A stretch of 64,000 nucleotides of DNA from Bacteroidota bacterium (GTDB taxonomy: Bacteria > Bacteroidota > Bacteroidia > CAILMK01 > JAAYUY01), in contig JABINZ010000028.1 of NCBI GenBank assembly GCA_018698135.1, positions 3,698 through 67,697 of the forward strand, in the 5' to 3' direction. Both the position numbers and the translations under genes were made by a program. This document shows, one piece after another, positions 27,632-37,391 of this stretch. Under the pieces are notes generated by a model that saw only the letters and a program-made list of their open reading frames with translations, ran no database searches and was not told the origin of the DNA. Each line of letters starts with the position of its first letter. The first letter of the stretch is position 1.

Positions 27632-27982
27632 ATGATTGACAGAGATGACACCTATTTACAAATCATTTGTGCATTTGCAAATGCACTCGAAATAGAAATT
27701 GATTTATACACAAACTATTCTCAACGAATTGAACTCATAGCTCGTATAAAAGATAAAGATCATGAGATCGCAAGTTTACTCTCAAAATTGGGGAATATTA
27801 AAGATGCCTATCAATTTATACGTTTCGACAAGGAGCTGATTCTGAAAGCGCATGATATCTGGAAAATTGAAAGCAAGAATATTGGAGATGAACTAAATAA
27901 TCAACTTGCTATTGTTAAAAAGAAAGCTGAAAGTACGGGTATTGACCTGAGTGACTTGGTTAAAGGGCTTGAGGTTGAGTAG
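27632..27982 (+). CDS. Hypothetical protein (116 aa), last gene of the nikR operon
   Basis: ORF 12 nt after the transporter gene. Predicted helical. I recognise no motif. Confidence 0.4.
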   Translation: MIDRDDTYLQIICAFANALEIEIDLYTNYSQRIELIARIKDKDHEIASLLSKLGNIKDAYQFIRFDKELILKAHDIWKIESKNIGDELNNQLAIVKKKAESTGIDLSDLVKGLEVE

Positions 27983-28065
27983 TTCAGAATCTCACGATGC
28001 TTATTAACCAAATACGCAATTTGGCATTCTCAACATATTACCAAACTAGTTAAACTAATTTCATA

Positions 28066-28087
28066 TTGTTGGTGACAACACCAACAA
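28066..28087. terminator. Hairpin between convergent genes (TTGTTGGTG-acaa-CACCAACAA)
   Basis: Perfect 9-bp stem. A near-identical core, TTGGTGAnAACACCAA, recurs at about 23497-23516. Confidence 0.4.
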
Positions 28088-28103
28088 GGCAAATGGCAAT
28101 AAG

Positions 28104-28124
28104 ATCCTGAATCAAGTTCAGGAT
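28104..28124. terminator. Second hairpin between convergent genes (ATCCTGAA-tcaag-TTCAGGAT)
   Basis: Perfect 8-bp stem, 29 nt beyond the hoxW-like stop. Confidence 0.35.
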
Positions 28125-28152
28125 GATGAATTCTAGGATTAATGTTATAATT

Positions 28153-28662
28153 TTAAGGGCAGGGCTTCTCAGCAATCAATTTATCCAATTCAGAGCAGAT
28201 TTTGTTTGTATCATTCTCCTGAATAACAGTTTGTATCAAGCGTAAAGCTTTGTCCATATTTGCCTTGGCTTTATCTGTTAAGCCTTCTGCAAAATCCCAT
28301 TCATATCCTTTCAGGTGTAACAAATAGGTTTTAGGACTTTTATTATACACCTTCTGGCAAAGGTCTAATACAAATGAAGTAGAAACAGCATGCATCGTAA
28401 ATTCTATGGTCGAATCGGATGATTCAACTCTGGAGATACAAAAGTCATCAATTTCTTCAATGGATGCATCAACAAATAAAACTACTTGTTTATCCTTAAT
28501 AGCATCGGCATCTTCAATGTTTAGCTGATAGTTGCTATCTGTAGAAATATGAGACAGTTTGTTTGCTTCAACCCACTTATCCAATTCTTCAATAAATGAG
28601 TTACCCAGACCATCATCCTGACGACCTGGGTTTCCATATCCATAAATTAATAGTTCAGACAT
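28153..28662 (-). CDS. hoxW: [NiFe]-hydrogenase maturation endopeptidase (HoxW/HyaD/HycI family)
   Basis: LIYGYGNPGRQDDGLG N-terminal motif. Last gene of the hox operon. Confidence 0.8.
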   Translation of the reverse strand: MSELLIYGYGNPGRQDDGLGNSFIEELDKWVEANKLSHISTDSNYQLNIEDADAIKDKQVVLFVDASIEEIDDFCISRVESSDSTIEFTMHAVSTSFVLDLCQKVYNKSPKTYLLHLKGYEWDFAEGLTDKAKANMDKALRLIQTVIQENDTNKICSELDKLIAEKPCP

Positions 28663-28669
28663 TGCTGAA

Positions 28670-30121
28670 TTACTTTATTTTTCGATCAATTAAAATATCA
28701 TCCTTATTGAAAAGTGATATTTCCAAAGGCATTTTACCCATGGCATGTGTTGCACAACTCAAACAAGGATCGTAAGCTCTGATAACTACTTCCACTGCAT
28801 TCATCATCGGTTCAGTAATTTCCGTTTGATTATTCATCATGGCATTGGCAACAAAATTCACCCCATTATTCATAGGTTGATTATTATTTGTTGTCGATAC
28901 AATAAGATTAGCCATTTCCACTTGATCGTTGTCATCAATTTTATAATGATGGAATAATGTACCTCGTGGAGCTTCAATAACACCAACACCCTCTTTAATC
29001 TTTTCACCTTTGGTTACTAAATCATTTCCTTGTAAATCAGGATCATTCAGTAATTCCTTCATCATTTCTGCAGAGTGAAGCGTTTCAATCAGGCGTGCCC
29101 AATGCATATGCATACACATATTATTGGGTTTTCCATTGGTATATGCTTTGTACTCTTCAAATTCTTTTTGAGCAAGTGGAGAAGGAATAAAGTCACATGT
29201 ATTTAAACGTGCTAATGGACCCACTCTGTACCAGCCTTTTTCTTTACCAAGATGCTTGAGATAAGGGAATTTCATGTAACTCCAATTTCTTACTTCTTCC
29301 TCGATATACTTATTATAATCCTGATAATCAACATCATCAAGTATGCGATTACCCTGAGCATCAACGGCCCTGATTACACCATGATAAAGATCTAAAGCAC
29401 CATCTTTCCGAACCAAACTCAAATGGTTTGAATCGAAATAGGAGAAATTATCAATAAACTCAGCATTGCCTTTGTGATATCCTTTGAAGAAATCCAATGC
29501 TCCCTGAGCCCATGTAATCATTTGATCAATGTTCAATGGATCAGCTCCATGCAAGAAATTATCTCTTTCTTCTAGTGAAAGGTTTTTGTTAATTCCACCA
29601 GGAATAGCCCCTGTACCATGAATTTTTTTCCCTGCAGTTGCTTTGATGATTTCCTGTCCATATTTTCTCATCATTACTCCTTGCACTGCCAGATCTTTAA
29701 ATTCCATAGCAACACCAATCACATTTCTTACTGCTGGATTTGCATCATAACCGAATAATAAATCAGGAGAGGTTAAATGAAAGAAATGCAAAGAATGCGA
29801 TTGGAACATTTGTCCATAATGCATTAATCTCCTCATTTTTTCACCTGTGGCAGTTAATCCTTCTCCATATCCAGCACCAACAATAACATCCAATGCTTTT
29901 GCAGCTGCTAAATGGTGACTAACAGGACAAATTCCGCAAAGTCTTTGAACCAAAACAGGCATTTCCCAATATGGTTTTCCTTGAACAAAGCGCTCAAATC
30001 CACGAAACTCAACAATATGAAGTCGGGATTGAGTTACTTTTAAATTTTCATCCATGTGAATAGTAACCTTTCCGTGACCTTCCACTCTTGTTACTGGTTC
30101 TATAGTGATTTTCTTTGTCAT
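28670..30121 (-). CDS. hoxH: NAD-linked bidirectional [NiFe]-hydrogenase large subunit (group 3d type)
   Basis: N-terminal RLCGICPVSHH and C-terminal DPCLSCATHA Ni-binding motifs, with a cleavable tail after the His. Confidence 0.9.
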   Translation of the reverse strand: MTKKITIEPVTRVEGHGKVTIHMDENLKVTQSRLHIVEFRGFERFVQGKPYWEMPVLVQRLCGICPVSHHLAAAKALDVIVGAGYGEGLTATGEKMRRLMHYGQMFQSHSLHFFHLTSPDLLFGYDANPAVRNVIGVAMEFKDLAVQGVMMRKYGQEIIKATAGKKIHGTGAIPGGINKNLSLEERDNFLHGADPLNIDQMITWAQGALDFFKGYHKGNAEFIDNFSYFDSNHLSLVRKDGALDLYHGVIRAVDAQGNRILDDVDYQDYNKYIEEEVRNWSYMKFPYLKHLGKEKGWYRVGPLARLNTCDFIPSPLAQKEFEEYKAYTNGKPNNMCMHMHWARLIETLHSAEMMKELLNDPDLQGNDLVTKGEKIKEGVGVIEAPRGTLFHHYKIDDNDQVEMANLIVSTTNNNQPMNNGVNFVANAMMNNQTEITEPMMNAVEVVIRAYDPCLSCATHAMGKMPLEISLFNKDDILIDRKIK

Positions 30122-30136
30122 CTTTCTACATTAAGA

Positions 30137-30685
30137 TTAATCAAATTTTACAACTTCGTAAGGAAGATTCATCTCATCTCCTGTGACTAATGCAACCAAT
30201 GCATTCCAAATAAGGTCAGCACTTGGAGGACATCCAGGCAGGAAATAATCAATCTTCACCAACTCATGACAAGGATATACTCTATCCAGTATCATGGGAA
30301 GTTCATCATCATTAGGGAGGATTTTCTCTGTGTTTAATCTGACAGTTGGTCCATTAAGATAGGCCTCATCAATACATTCTTTCACAGGTATTCCATTTCG
30401 TAAAGCTGGTAATCCGCCCATGATGGCACATTCCCCAAACGAAATCAGAATTTTACAATTCTTCCGAAATTCTTTCAAAACGTGAACATTCTCGCTATTA
30501 CAACATCCTCCTTCAATAAGTCCAATGTCACATTTTTTTGTAAACGTTTTAATATCATCAATTGGCGATTTATTAAACTCAACAAGTTCAATAAGATCCA
30601 AGATTCTTTCATCTATATCCAGGAAAGACATATGACATCCAAAGCATCCTGCCAAAGATGTGGTAGCTACAATAGGTTTAATCAT
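30137..30685 (-). CDS. hoxY: [NiFe]-hydrogenase small subunit (NuoB-like, no Tat signal)
   Basis: 182 aa. SLAGCFGCHMSFLD and GECA..GG..PGCPP cluster motifs. Confidence 0.85.
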   Translation of the reverse strand: MIKPIVATTSLAGCFGCHMSFLDIDERILDLIELVEFNKSPIDDIKTFTKKCDIGLIEGGCCNSENVHVLKEFRKNCKILISFGECAIMGGLPALRNGIPVKECIDEAYLNGPTVRLNTEKILPNDDELPMILDRVYPCHELVKIDYFLPGCPPSADLIWNALVALVTGDEMNLPYEVVKFD

Positions 30686-30696
30686 TTTTTTCCTCT

Positions 30697-31395
30697 TTAT
30701 TTGTTTTCAATTTCACTACCGATAGGATTTGTATCATATTTCCTTTTTCCTATAGGTGTTTTGAAACCTTGTTCTTTATAAATAATAGATCCAACCGGAC
30801 AAATTTCCATTGCTTGATTGGCTAATTCATCTGAAATATTAGCTCCTAATTCTTTATCCAGAACAACTTCCACATGGTGACCTCTTCGTCTATAAGCAAA
30901 CAGGCTGCGACCCTCTTCATCTTTAATCGTACGTATACATCTTTTGCACAGTATGCATCGATTTTGATCTTTGATAATCTTAGGATTGGAACCGTCTATA
31001 GTTCTAATCGGGAAAACGAAAGGAAAACGTGGAACCATCATCGTAAATCTGTATGCTAATGCCTGAAGTTCACAATTCCCGCTCTTTTCACATGATGGGC
31101 AAAAGTGATTTCCTGAAACAAACATTGATTCAATAATTGCGTTTCTTAAGTCTGCAATTTCTGGAATAGTATTTTCAATTTCCATTCCGTCAGAAACAGG
31201 CGTGGTGCATGCAGTCATTAAACGGCCATTCACCTTAACTGTACAAATACGACAAGCTCCTTTTGGTTTTACCCCTTTAATATTACAAAGAGTCGGTATA
31301 TAAATGTCATTTTCGCTTGCAGCCTTGACAATAAAATTGCCTTGCTCGCTCAAACATTCTTTCCCGTCAATAGTAAATTTAATTATGTTGCTCAT
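30697..31395 (-). CDS. hoxU: Diaphorase FeS subunit (NuoG N-terminal-like, 2Fe-2S + 4Fe-4S)
   Basis: FTIDGKE...TLC...GACRIC...C 2Fe-2S ferredoxin start, followed by HFCPSCEKSGNCELQ and CILCKRC. Confidence 0.85.
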   Translation of the reverse strand: MSNIIKFTIDGKECLSEQGNFIVKAASENDIYIPTLCNIKGVKPKGACRICTVKVNGRLMTACTTPVSDGMEIENTIPEIADLRNAIIESMFVSGNHFCPSCEKSGNCELQALAYRFTMMVPRFPFVFPIRTIDGSNPKIIKDQNRCILCKRCIRTIKDEEGRSLFAYRRRGHHVEVVLDKELGANISDELANQAMEICPVGSIIYKEQGFKTPIGKRKYDTNPIGSEIENK

Positions 31396-31425
31396 TTTTA
31401 ATGATTTTATCGTCCAAAAAATTAA

Positions 31426-33228
31426 TTATTCATGAAGATTAGGTACACGATTTACTGCTTTACATGATTCACTAACAGCTCTATCTAAATCAAAGCCGAA
31501 ATCAAATTCCTTATCTATTTGTACTTTTTCTTCGTAAAATCTTCTAAAATTCTTAATACTCGAAACAATTGGATTGGCAGCTGTTTGGCCTAATCCACAA
31601 CGACTGGCTTTTAAGTACTTGCTCCATTCTTTCAAGTTTTCTATATCAAGTGGAACACCTTGCCCATCGATGATTTTTTTCAATGTCTGACGCAATATAT
31701 AGGTCATGTCGCGACAAGTTGAACAAGATCCACATGATTCTTCAACAAAGAAATCGGTGAAATTCAGCACTACATCTTCTAATATATTCCTATCCTTACC
31801 AATAATAATCATGGATCCACCTGTTCCAAGATCTGAATAACAAATTGTACGCTCAAATTCGTTTTCCCCAATTAAAGTCCCTGAAGGTCCACCTACTTGA
31901 ATTGCTTGAACATTTTCTGCACCCACCATTTCCAACATATCAGCAGCACTAAATCCCCATTCAACTTCATAAATTCCAGGATAAGTGCAATCACCGGAAA
32001 TACTCAAGATTTTTGTACCAGTAGAATCTTTCGTACCAAATGATTTAAATGCATCAGGACCTTTTGTCATGATGTACACAGCAGCACAAAGTGTTTCAAC
32101 ATTATTTACAACAGTTGGTTTGCCTAAATATCCCTTTTCTACCGGGAATGGAGGTCTGTCTCGAGGTTCCCCTCTTTTCCCTTCAGCTGATTCAATTAAA
32201 GCTGACTCTTCACCACATACGTATGCTCCGGCACCAAACTGAATACGGATATCATAATCGAATCCATTTTTGCCTGCAATGTTTTTACCCAAAAATCCTT
32301 GGCTTCGCATATCGTAAAGAATATTTTCTAGATAATCTTTCAAATAGCGATATTCATAACGGAGATATAAAATTCCGGTTTTGGCTCCAATTGCATAACC
32401 AGCTATAACCATTCCTTCAAAGACCATGTATGCTTTCTCGGTTAAAATAACCCTATCCTTGAAAGTACCAGGTTCCCCTTCGTCTGCATTACAAAATACA
32501 TATCGTTCAGTTTCCTCACTTCTGCTGCAAAATTCCCATTTTAAACCAGTCGGAAATCCAGCACCACCACGACCTCGAATATTCGATTTCTTAATTGTAT
32601 CAATTACATACTTTGGATTCACCGAAGTAATTCTTTTAATGGAATCTCCAATTTTAAAATCAGATGAAAGAATAGGTCCTTTCTTTCTGATATTATTCAT
32701 GACCATGGAGTTTACGAGTATATTGGCATTCTGACCATCTCCATTTCCTTCGTTCACTATTTCATCCATTTGTTTTCCAGCCTTCATGTCTTTGATAATT
32801 TCTTTGGCTCGAAATGGAGTGAGTTTAGTAAAAATTTGCCCATTAATAATTGCGGAAGGCTCCTGATCATTCATGCCTATACAAGATGTATTGAATAAGC
32901 CGATTAATCCATCTTCTGTTACTGAACCAAATTGGCCGCCAGCTGTTTCTTCAAATGCCTGTGCTACTTTATCCCTACCCAACATACATGCAACAGCACT
33001 GTCGTTCAAGTAGATAGAATATTTTCCTTTAGGCACACAGGTAAAGAAATGATAGAAACTAATAGTTTGCATTACATCCACATTTGACAATTTCACTTGC
33101 TCAGCTATTATTTGAATAGCTTCTTCAGGAATATGACCAACTTCCTCTTGGATATCAATGAGAATATCCATGATTCTAGTTTTATCCTTTCCGTATTTGT
33201 CAAGTATGGGTTGAACAATAGATTTCAT
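31426..33228 (-). CDS. hoxF: Diaphorase NAD(H)/FMN subunit (NuoF-like with NuoE-like N-terminal domain)
   Basis: 600 aa. GRGGAGFPTG, GAGAYVCGEESAL and ESCGSCSTCR NuoF motifs. By my alignment the N-terminal 150 or so aa are NuoE-like but keep only 2 of the 4 cluster Cys. No separate hoxE. Confidence 0.85.
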   Translation of the reverse strand: MKSIVQPILDKYGKDKTRIMDILIDIQEEVGHIPEEAIQIIAEQVKLSNVDVMQTISFYHFFTCVPKGKYSIYLNDSAVACMLGRDKVAQAFEETAGGQFGSVTEDGLIGLFNTSCIGMNDQEPSAIINGQIFTKLTPFRAKEIIKDMKAGKQMDEIVNEGNGDGQNANILVNSMVMNNIRKKGPILSSDFKIGDSIKRITSVNPKYVIDTIKKSNIRGRGGAGFPTGLKWEFCSRSEETERYVFCNADEGEPGTFKDRVILTEKAYMVFEGMVIAGYAIGAKTGILYLRYEYRYLKDYLENILYDMRSQGFLGKNIAGKNGFDYDIRIQFGAGAYVCGEESALIESAEGKRGEPRDRPPFPVEKGYLGKPTVVNNVETLCAAVYIMTKGPDAFKSFGTKDSTGTKILSISGDCTYPGIYEVEWGFSAADMLEMVGAENVQAIQVGGPSGTLIGENEFERTICYSDLGTGGSMIIIGKDRNILEDVVLNFTDFFVEESCGSCSTCRDMTYILRQTLKKIIDGQGVPLDIENLKEWSKYLKASRCGLGQTAANPIVSSIKNFRRFYEEKVQIDKEFDFGFDLDRAVSESCKAVNRVPNLHE

Positions 33229-33355
33229 ATAGCTACAATTTATTTATTAAAGGTTTGATGATTCGATATGCATGAATATTTTTGTAAAAGAAACATGGCT
33301 GCTAATCGTATCATAAAACAAATTATATTTCAAACTAGTTTAATCAATTTAAATC

Positions 33356-33371
33356 TGTTAATTGATTCACA
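33356..33371. promoter_or_regulatory. Candidate Rex operator
   Basis: TGTTAA-TTGA-TTCACA matches the Rex consensus TGTGAA-N4-TTCACA at 11 of 12 positions. 128-143 nt upstream of the hoxF ATG, in the hoxF/hypF divergent region. rex is encoded at 52518..53141. Confidence 0.35.
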
Positions 33372-33671
33372 GCAAACATAAAATCTTTTGAAATTCTCTT
33401 CCAAATATTTTAAATAATAATAATAATTCTAAAATACAAAATATTACCCAACACAAGTTGCTGATTAACTGAATTTTGCGATTTATGGCATTTTCAACAT
33501 ATTTAAAAATACTTCCACATATTTATAAAACTATTTTTGTAAATAACTATTTATCACTGCATTATTTCTTTAATTGGATTTTTTTTAGACTCGTAATTCT
33601 ACCAAGTTAATTACAATTTTCTAGAATCATTCTAAATCAAAAATCTAAACTAGTATATTCATTCAAAAGCA

Positions 33672-33679
33672 TAAGTTTG
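33672..33679 (+). promoter_or_regulatory. Bacteroidota-type -7 promoter box (TAnnTTTG) for hypF
   Basis: TAAGTTTG, 46 nt before the ATG at 33726. Confidence 0.3.
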
Positions 33680-33725
33680 CAGCAGAAAAAATGTTCTAAA
33701 TTGCATTAATTAACAACAAAATAAT

Positions 33726-35981
33726 ATGATTTCAAGGCTCATACAAGTAAAAGGATTGGTTCAGGGAGTTGGATTCCGACCATTCATTTATTTATTGGCC
33801 GAAAGTTGTGGAATATTGGGTACGGTTGAAAATAGAAACGATGGGGTAATTATTAGAGCCGAAGGAGATAAAGAAAACATGAATCAATTTCTGTCATCGA
33901 TTTCTGAAAAAGCCCCACTTGCCTCCAATATTTTTTCCATTTCAAATAAGGACGAAAAGTATAGTGGTTTTGTAGACTTCAAAATTGTTAAAAGTGTAAA
34001 TACATCCAATGAAATTACTGAAATAAGTCCTGATATTGCAGTATGTGATGAATGTTTGAAAGATATTCGAAAGCAAAAACACAGAATTAATTACCCATTT
34101 AACAATTGTACTCATTGTGGTCCGCGCTTTACGATCATTAAAGATTTACCATACGACAGGGAAAAAACAACCATGGATATTTTTCCCATGTGTCAAACAT
34201 GTAAAGAAGAATTTATCAATATTCGTGACAGAAGATTCCATGCCCAGCCAGTAGCTTGTAATCAATGTGGACCTAATTATCAGCTTGACATTAATAATGA
34301 ACAATATTCTGATATTGATACGATAATTAGTAAAGCAAGCCGATTATTAGACAATGGTAAAATATTGGCCATAAAAGGACAAGGAGGATATCATCTGGCT
34401 TGTGATGCAAGCAATGAACTTGCTGTTTCTAAACTCCGACAGCTAAAACTCAGAGAGGGAAAACCATTTGCCGTTCTCTTTGCTGATTTAGAAACACTTG
34501 CCACCTATTCAGTTCTTACGTCTACTGCAAAAAAAGAATTAACATCTTGGCAGAAACCAATTGTATTGCTTCCATCACAAAATAATTTAGCACCATCGGT
34601 TTCAAATGGACTAAGTACAGTTGGTGTTATGCTGGCGTACATGCCCATTCATTATTTGCTTTTTGGAAAATTGAAAACCAAAGCAATTGTTTTAACAAGT
34701 GGAAATATTGCTGACGAACCAATTGTAATTGATAATGAAATAGCGAAAAATCAGTTTGGCAATCTCTGTGATGCAATTTTAACCTATAATAGAGATATTT
34801 TCAATCGTACAGATGACTCTGTTCTTTTCGTAGCAAACGAAAAAAGCAGAATGATTCGCAGATCAAGAGGATTTGTTCCTTCACCTATCTATAGCAAGTT
34901 AGCTGTCGATGGGATTTTTGCAGCAGGAGCGGAATTAGTAAATTGCTTTGCTATTGGCAAAGGGGAACAAGTTATTTTAAGTCAGCATATTGGTGATTTG
35001 CAAAATCTTGAAACACTTGAATTCTATACAGAAACTATCAATCAGTTTTCTAAATTATACCGATGGAAACCACAGTTAGCAGTTTGTGACTTACATCCCG
35101 ACTACTTGTCTTCAAAATATGTGAAAAACTTAAACATTAACTACCTGCAAGTTCAACATCATCACGCACATATTGCTTCTTGTATGGCGGAAAATGGATT
35201 AGATGAGCCTGTTATTGGAATCAGTTTTGATGGAACAGGTTTAGGAGATGATGGTCACATTTGGGGAGGAGAGTTTTTTGTATGTGATTTTACTGATTAC
35301 CAAAGAATAAGCCATCTGGAATATATACCTATCCCGGGAGGTGATAAAGCGACAAAAGAACCATGGCGAACCGCAGTTTCGTATCTTTATCATTATTTTG
35401 GAGAAGATTTATTTGACTTAAATCTTGATTTTTATAAAACGCCAGGGAATGAGAAGATTGAAATGATTATTGATCTAATAAAGGGGAAAATAAATTGTCC
35501 GCTTAGTTCAAGTGCAGGAAGATTATTCGATGCTGTATCGGCATTACTTAATATTTGCCCAGAATCAAATTTCCATGCTGAAGCACCAATGAAATTGGAA
35601 TCAGTTATTGATACTAATGAAGAGGCTTCCTACTCATATGAAAAAACTGATATTATTTCATTCAAATCAACATTTTCTGAAATCATTAAGGATATCAATA
35701 TAGGAGTTTCTGTTTCCAATATTTCTGCTAAATTTCATAATACGATTATAGAAATAATTTGTGAAACTGCTTTGGATATTAGAGAAAAATACAATTTAAA
35801 TAAGCTGGCACTTTCTGGTGGGAGCTTTCAGAATAAATACATACTTGAAAAAACTGAGAATAAATTAAGCCAAAATGGTTTTGAGATTTATACTCAAAAT
35901 AAAATCCCTACAAATGATGGAGGCATCGCTTTAGGGCAATTAGCAATTGCAGCTAAAAAAAGAGAATTAAAATTAATTTGA
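33726..35981 (+). CDS. hypF: Hydrogenase maturation carbamoyltransferase HypF
   Basis: 751 aa. Acylphosphatase-like start (VKGLVQGVGFRPF), two zinc fingers (CDEC...CTHCGPRF, CQTC...CNQCGP), then YrdC-like and Kae1-like domains. Confidence 0.95.
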   Translation: MISRLIQVKGLVQGVGFRPFIYLLAESCGILGTVENRNDGVIIRAEGDKENMNQFLSSISEKAPLASNIFSISNKDEKYSGFVDFKIVKSVNTSNEITEISPDIAVCDECLKDIRKQKHRINYPFNNCTHCGPRFTIIKDLPYDREKTTMDIFPMCQTCKEEFINIRDRRFHAQPVACNQCGPNYQLDINNEQYSDIDTIISKASRLLDNGKILAIKGQGGYHLACDASNELAVSKLRQLKLREGKPFAVLFADLETLATYSVLTSTAKKELTSWQKPIVLLPSQNNLAPSVSNGLSTVGVMLAYMPIHYLLFGKLKTKAIVLTSGNIADEPIVIDNEIAKNQFGNLCDAILTYNRDIFNRTDDSVLFVANEKSRMIRRSRGFVPSPIYSKLAVDGIFAAGAELVNCFAIGKGEQVILSQHIGDLQNLETLEFYTETINQFSKLYRWKPQLAVCDLHPDYLSSKYVKNLNINYLQVQHHHAHIASCMAENGLDEPVIGISFDGTGLGDDGHIWGGEFFVCDFTDYQRISHLEYIPIPGGDKATKEPWRTAVSYLYHYFGEDLFDLNLDFYKTPGNEKIEMIIDLIKGKINCPLSSSAGRLFDAVSALLNICPESNFHAEAPMKLESVIDTNEEASYSYEKTDIISFKSTFSEIIKDINIGVSVSNISAKFHNTIIEIICETALDIREKYNLNKLALSGGSFQNKYILEKTENKLSQNGFEIYTQNKIPTNDGGIALGQLAIAAKKRELKLI

Positions 35982-35994
35982 TAAAATAGATATC

Positions 35995-36258
35995 ATGTGT
36001 TTAAGTATACCGGCAAAAGTATTGGAAATTAAAGGCGAAATGGCAACAGTTTCAGTTGGTGGAACTGAATATGAAGCAAGTCTTCAAATAGTAGAAGATA
36101 TTCATGTTGGCGATTATGTATTGCTACATACAGGTTTTGCAATTCAGAAGCTCAGTGAGAAAGAAGCTCTTGAAACACTAAAGCTTTTTGATGAGTATGA
36201 AGAGTTAAATCAACGTTTAGATGAAGAGGAAAAAGAAACTGGCAAACGAATTACCTAA
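35995..36258 (+). CDS. hypC: Hydrogenase assembly chaperone HypC
   Basis: Starts MCLSIPAKV (the essential Cys2 motif). 87 aa. Confidence 0.9.
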   Translation: MCLSIPAKVLEIKGEMATVSVGGTEYEASLQIVEDIHVGDYVLLHTGFAIQKLSEKEALETLKLFDEYEELNQRLDEEEKETGKRIT

Positions 36259-36304
36259 ACTCTCGCCATGTATTTTTACCATATAAGCATAAAAACAAAA
36301 AAGC

Positions 36305-37387
36305 GTGAAATATATTGATGAGTATAGAAATAAAGAAATAGTTCAATCTCTTCAGAAAAGGATTGAAAAAATTTCGACAAAGGAAGTCAGATTTATGGAA
36401 GTGTGCGGAGGACATACAATGTCTATTCAAAAATTTGGAATACCATCCCTCCTACCTTTAAACATTAAACTTCTATCAGGGCCTGGGTGTCCTGTTTGTG
36501 TTTCAAGTAGAAGTTATATTGATCAAGCCATCGCCTATTCACGCATGGAAAATGTAATTATTACCACCTTTGGGGATTTAATTCGTATACCTGGATCAAC
36601 CTCATCTTTGGAAAAAGAAAAAGCAAATGGAGCCGATATTCGCATAGTTTATTCTCCATTGGATGCGTTGGCTATTGCCAGAAGTAATTTGGATAAAAAA
36701 ATAGTTTTCCTCGGAATAGGTTTTGAAACTACCGCTCCCGGAAGTGCAGCATCTATAGTAACAGCTTATAATGAAAATCTAAAAAATTTCCTCTTGTTTA
36801 GCTCCCATAAAGTTATGCCTCCTGCTATGTCTGCATTAATTGATGAAGGAGTTAAAATTGATGGCTACATTGCCCCGGGTCATGTTAGTACCATAACCGG
36901 ACACAATATTTACCTCGATTTTCCCAAAAAATTTGGAATAGCCTGTGTTATTTCCGGCTTTGAACCAGTCGACCTTTTACAGTCCATTTATATGCTAGTA
37001 AAACAAGTTGAAGAAAATGATCCAAAAGTTGAAATACAATATCGGAGAGCAGTTAAAATGTCAGGAAATGAGAAAGCTTTGGCAATCTTAGATGAAGTTT
37101 TTGAACTCAGAGACGATTGGTGGAGAGGATTGGGAATTCTACCAAAAAGCGGATTAAAAATCAGGAATAAATATGCCGATTTCGATGCAGAAAGTGTTTT
37201 GCAAGTGGACGTTGAGCCAACAAGGGAAGACAAAGGTTGTTTATGTGGTGAAATTTTGAAAGGATTGAAAAATCCGAAAGATTGCAAATTATTTGGCAAA
37301 GGTTGTACGCCTTCAGATCCGGTTGGTGCATGTATGGTTTCCTCCGAAGGTGCTTGTCATGCCTATTATAAATACAATAGAGAATAA
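36305..37387 (+). CDS. hypD: Hydrogenase maturation FeS protein HypD
   Basis: GTG start giving MKYIDEYR (compare E. coli MRFVDEYR). MEVCGGHT, GPGCPVCV and C-terminal Cys motifs. Confidence 0.9.
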   Translation: MKYIDEYRNKEIVQSLQKRIEKISTKEVRFMEVCGGHTMSIQKFGIPSLLPLNIKLLSGPGCPVCVSSRSYIDQAIAYSRMENVIITTFGDLIRIPGSTSSLEKEKANGADIRIVYSPLDALAIARSNLDKKIVFLGIGFETTAPGSAASIVTAYNENLKNFLLFSSHKVMPPAMSALIDEGVKIDGYIAPGHVSTITGHNIYLDFPKKFGIACVISGFEPVDLLQSIYMLVKQVEENDPKVEIQYRRAVKMSGNEKALAILDEVFELRDDWWRGLGILPKSGLKIRNKYADFDAESVLQVDVEPTREDKGCLCGEILKGLKNPKDCKLFGKGCTPSDPVGACMVSSEGACHAYYKYNRE

Positions 37388-37391
37388 ATAA

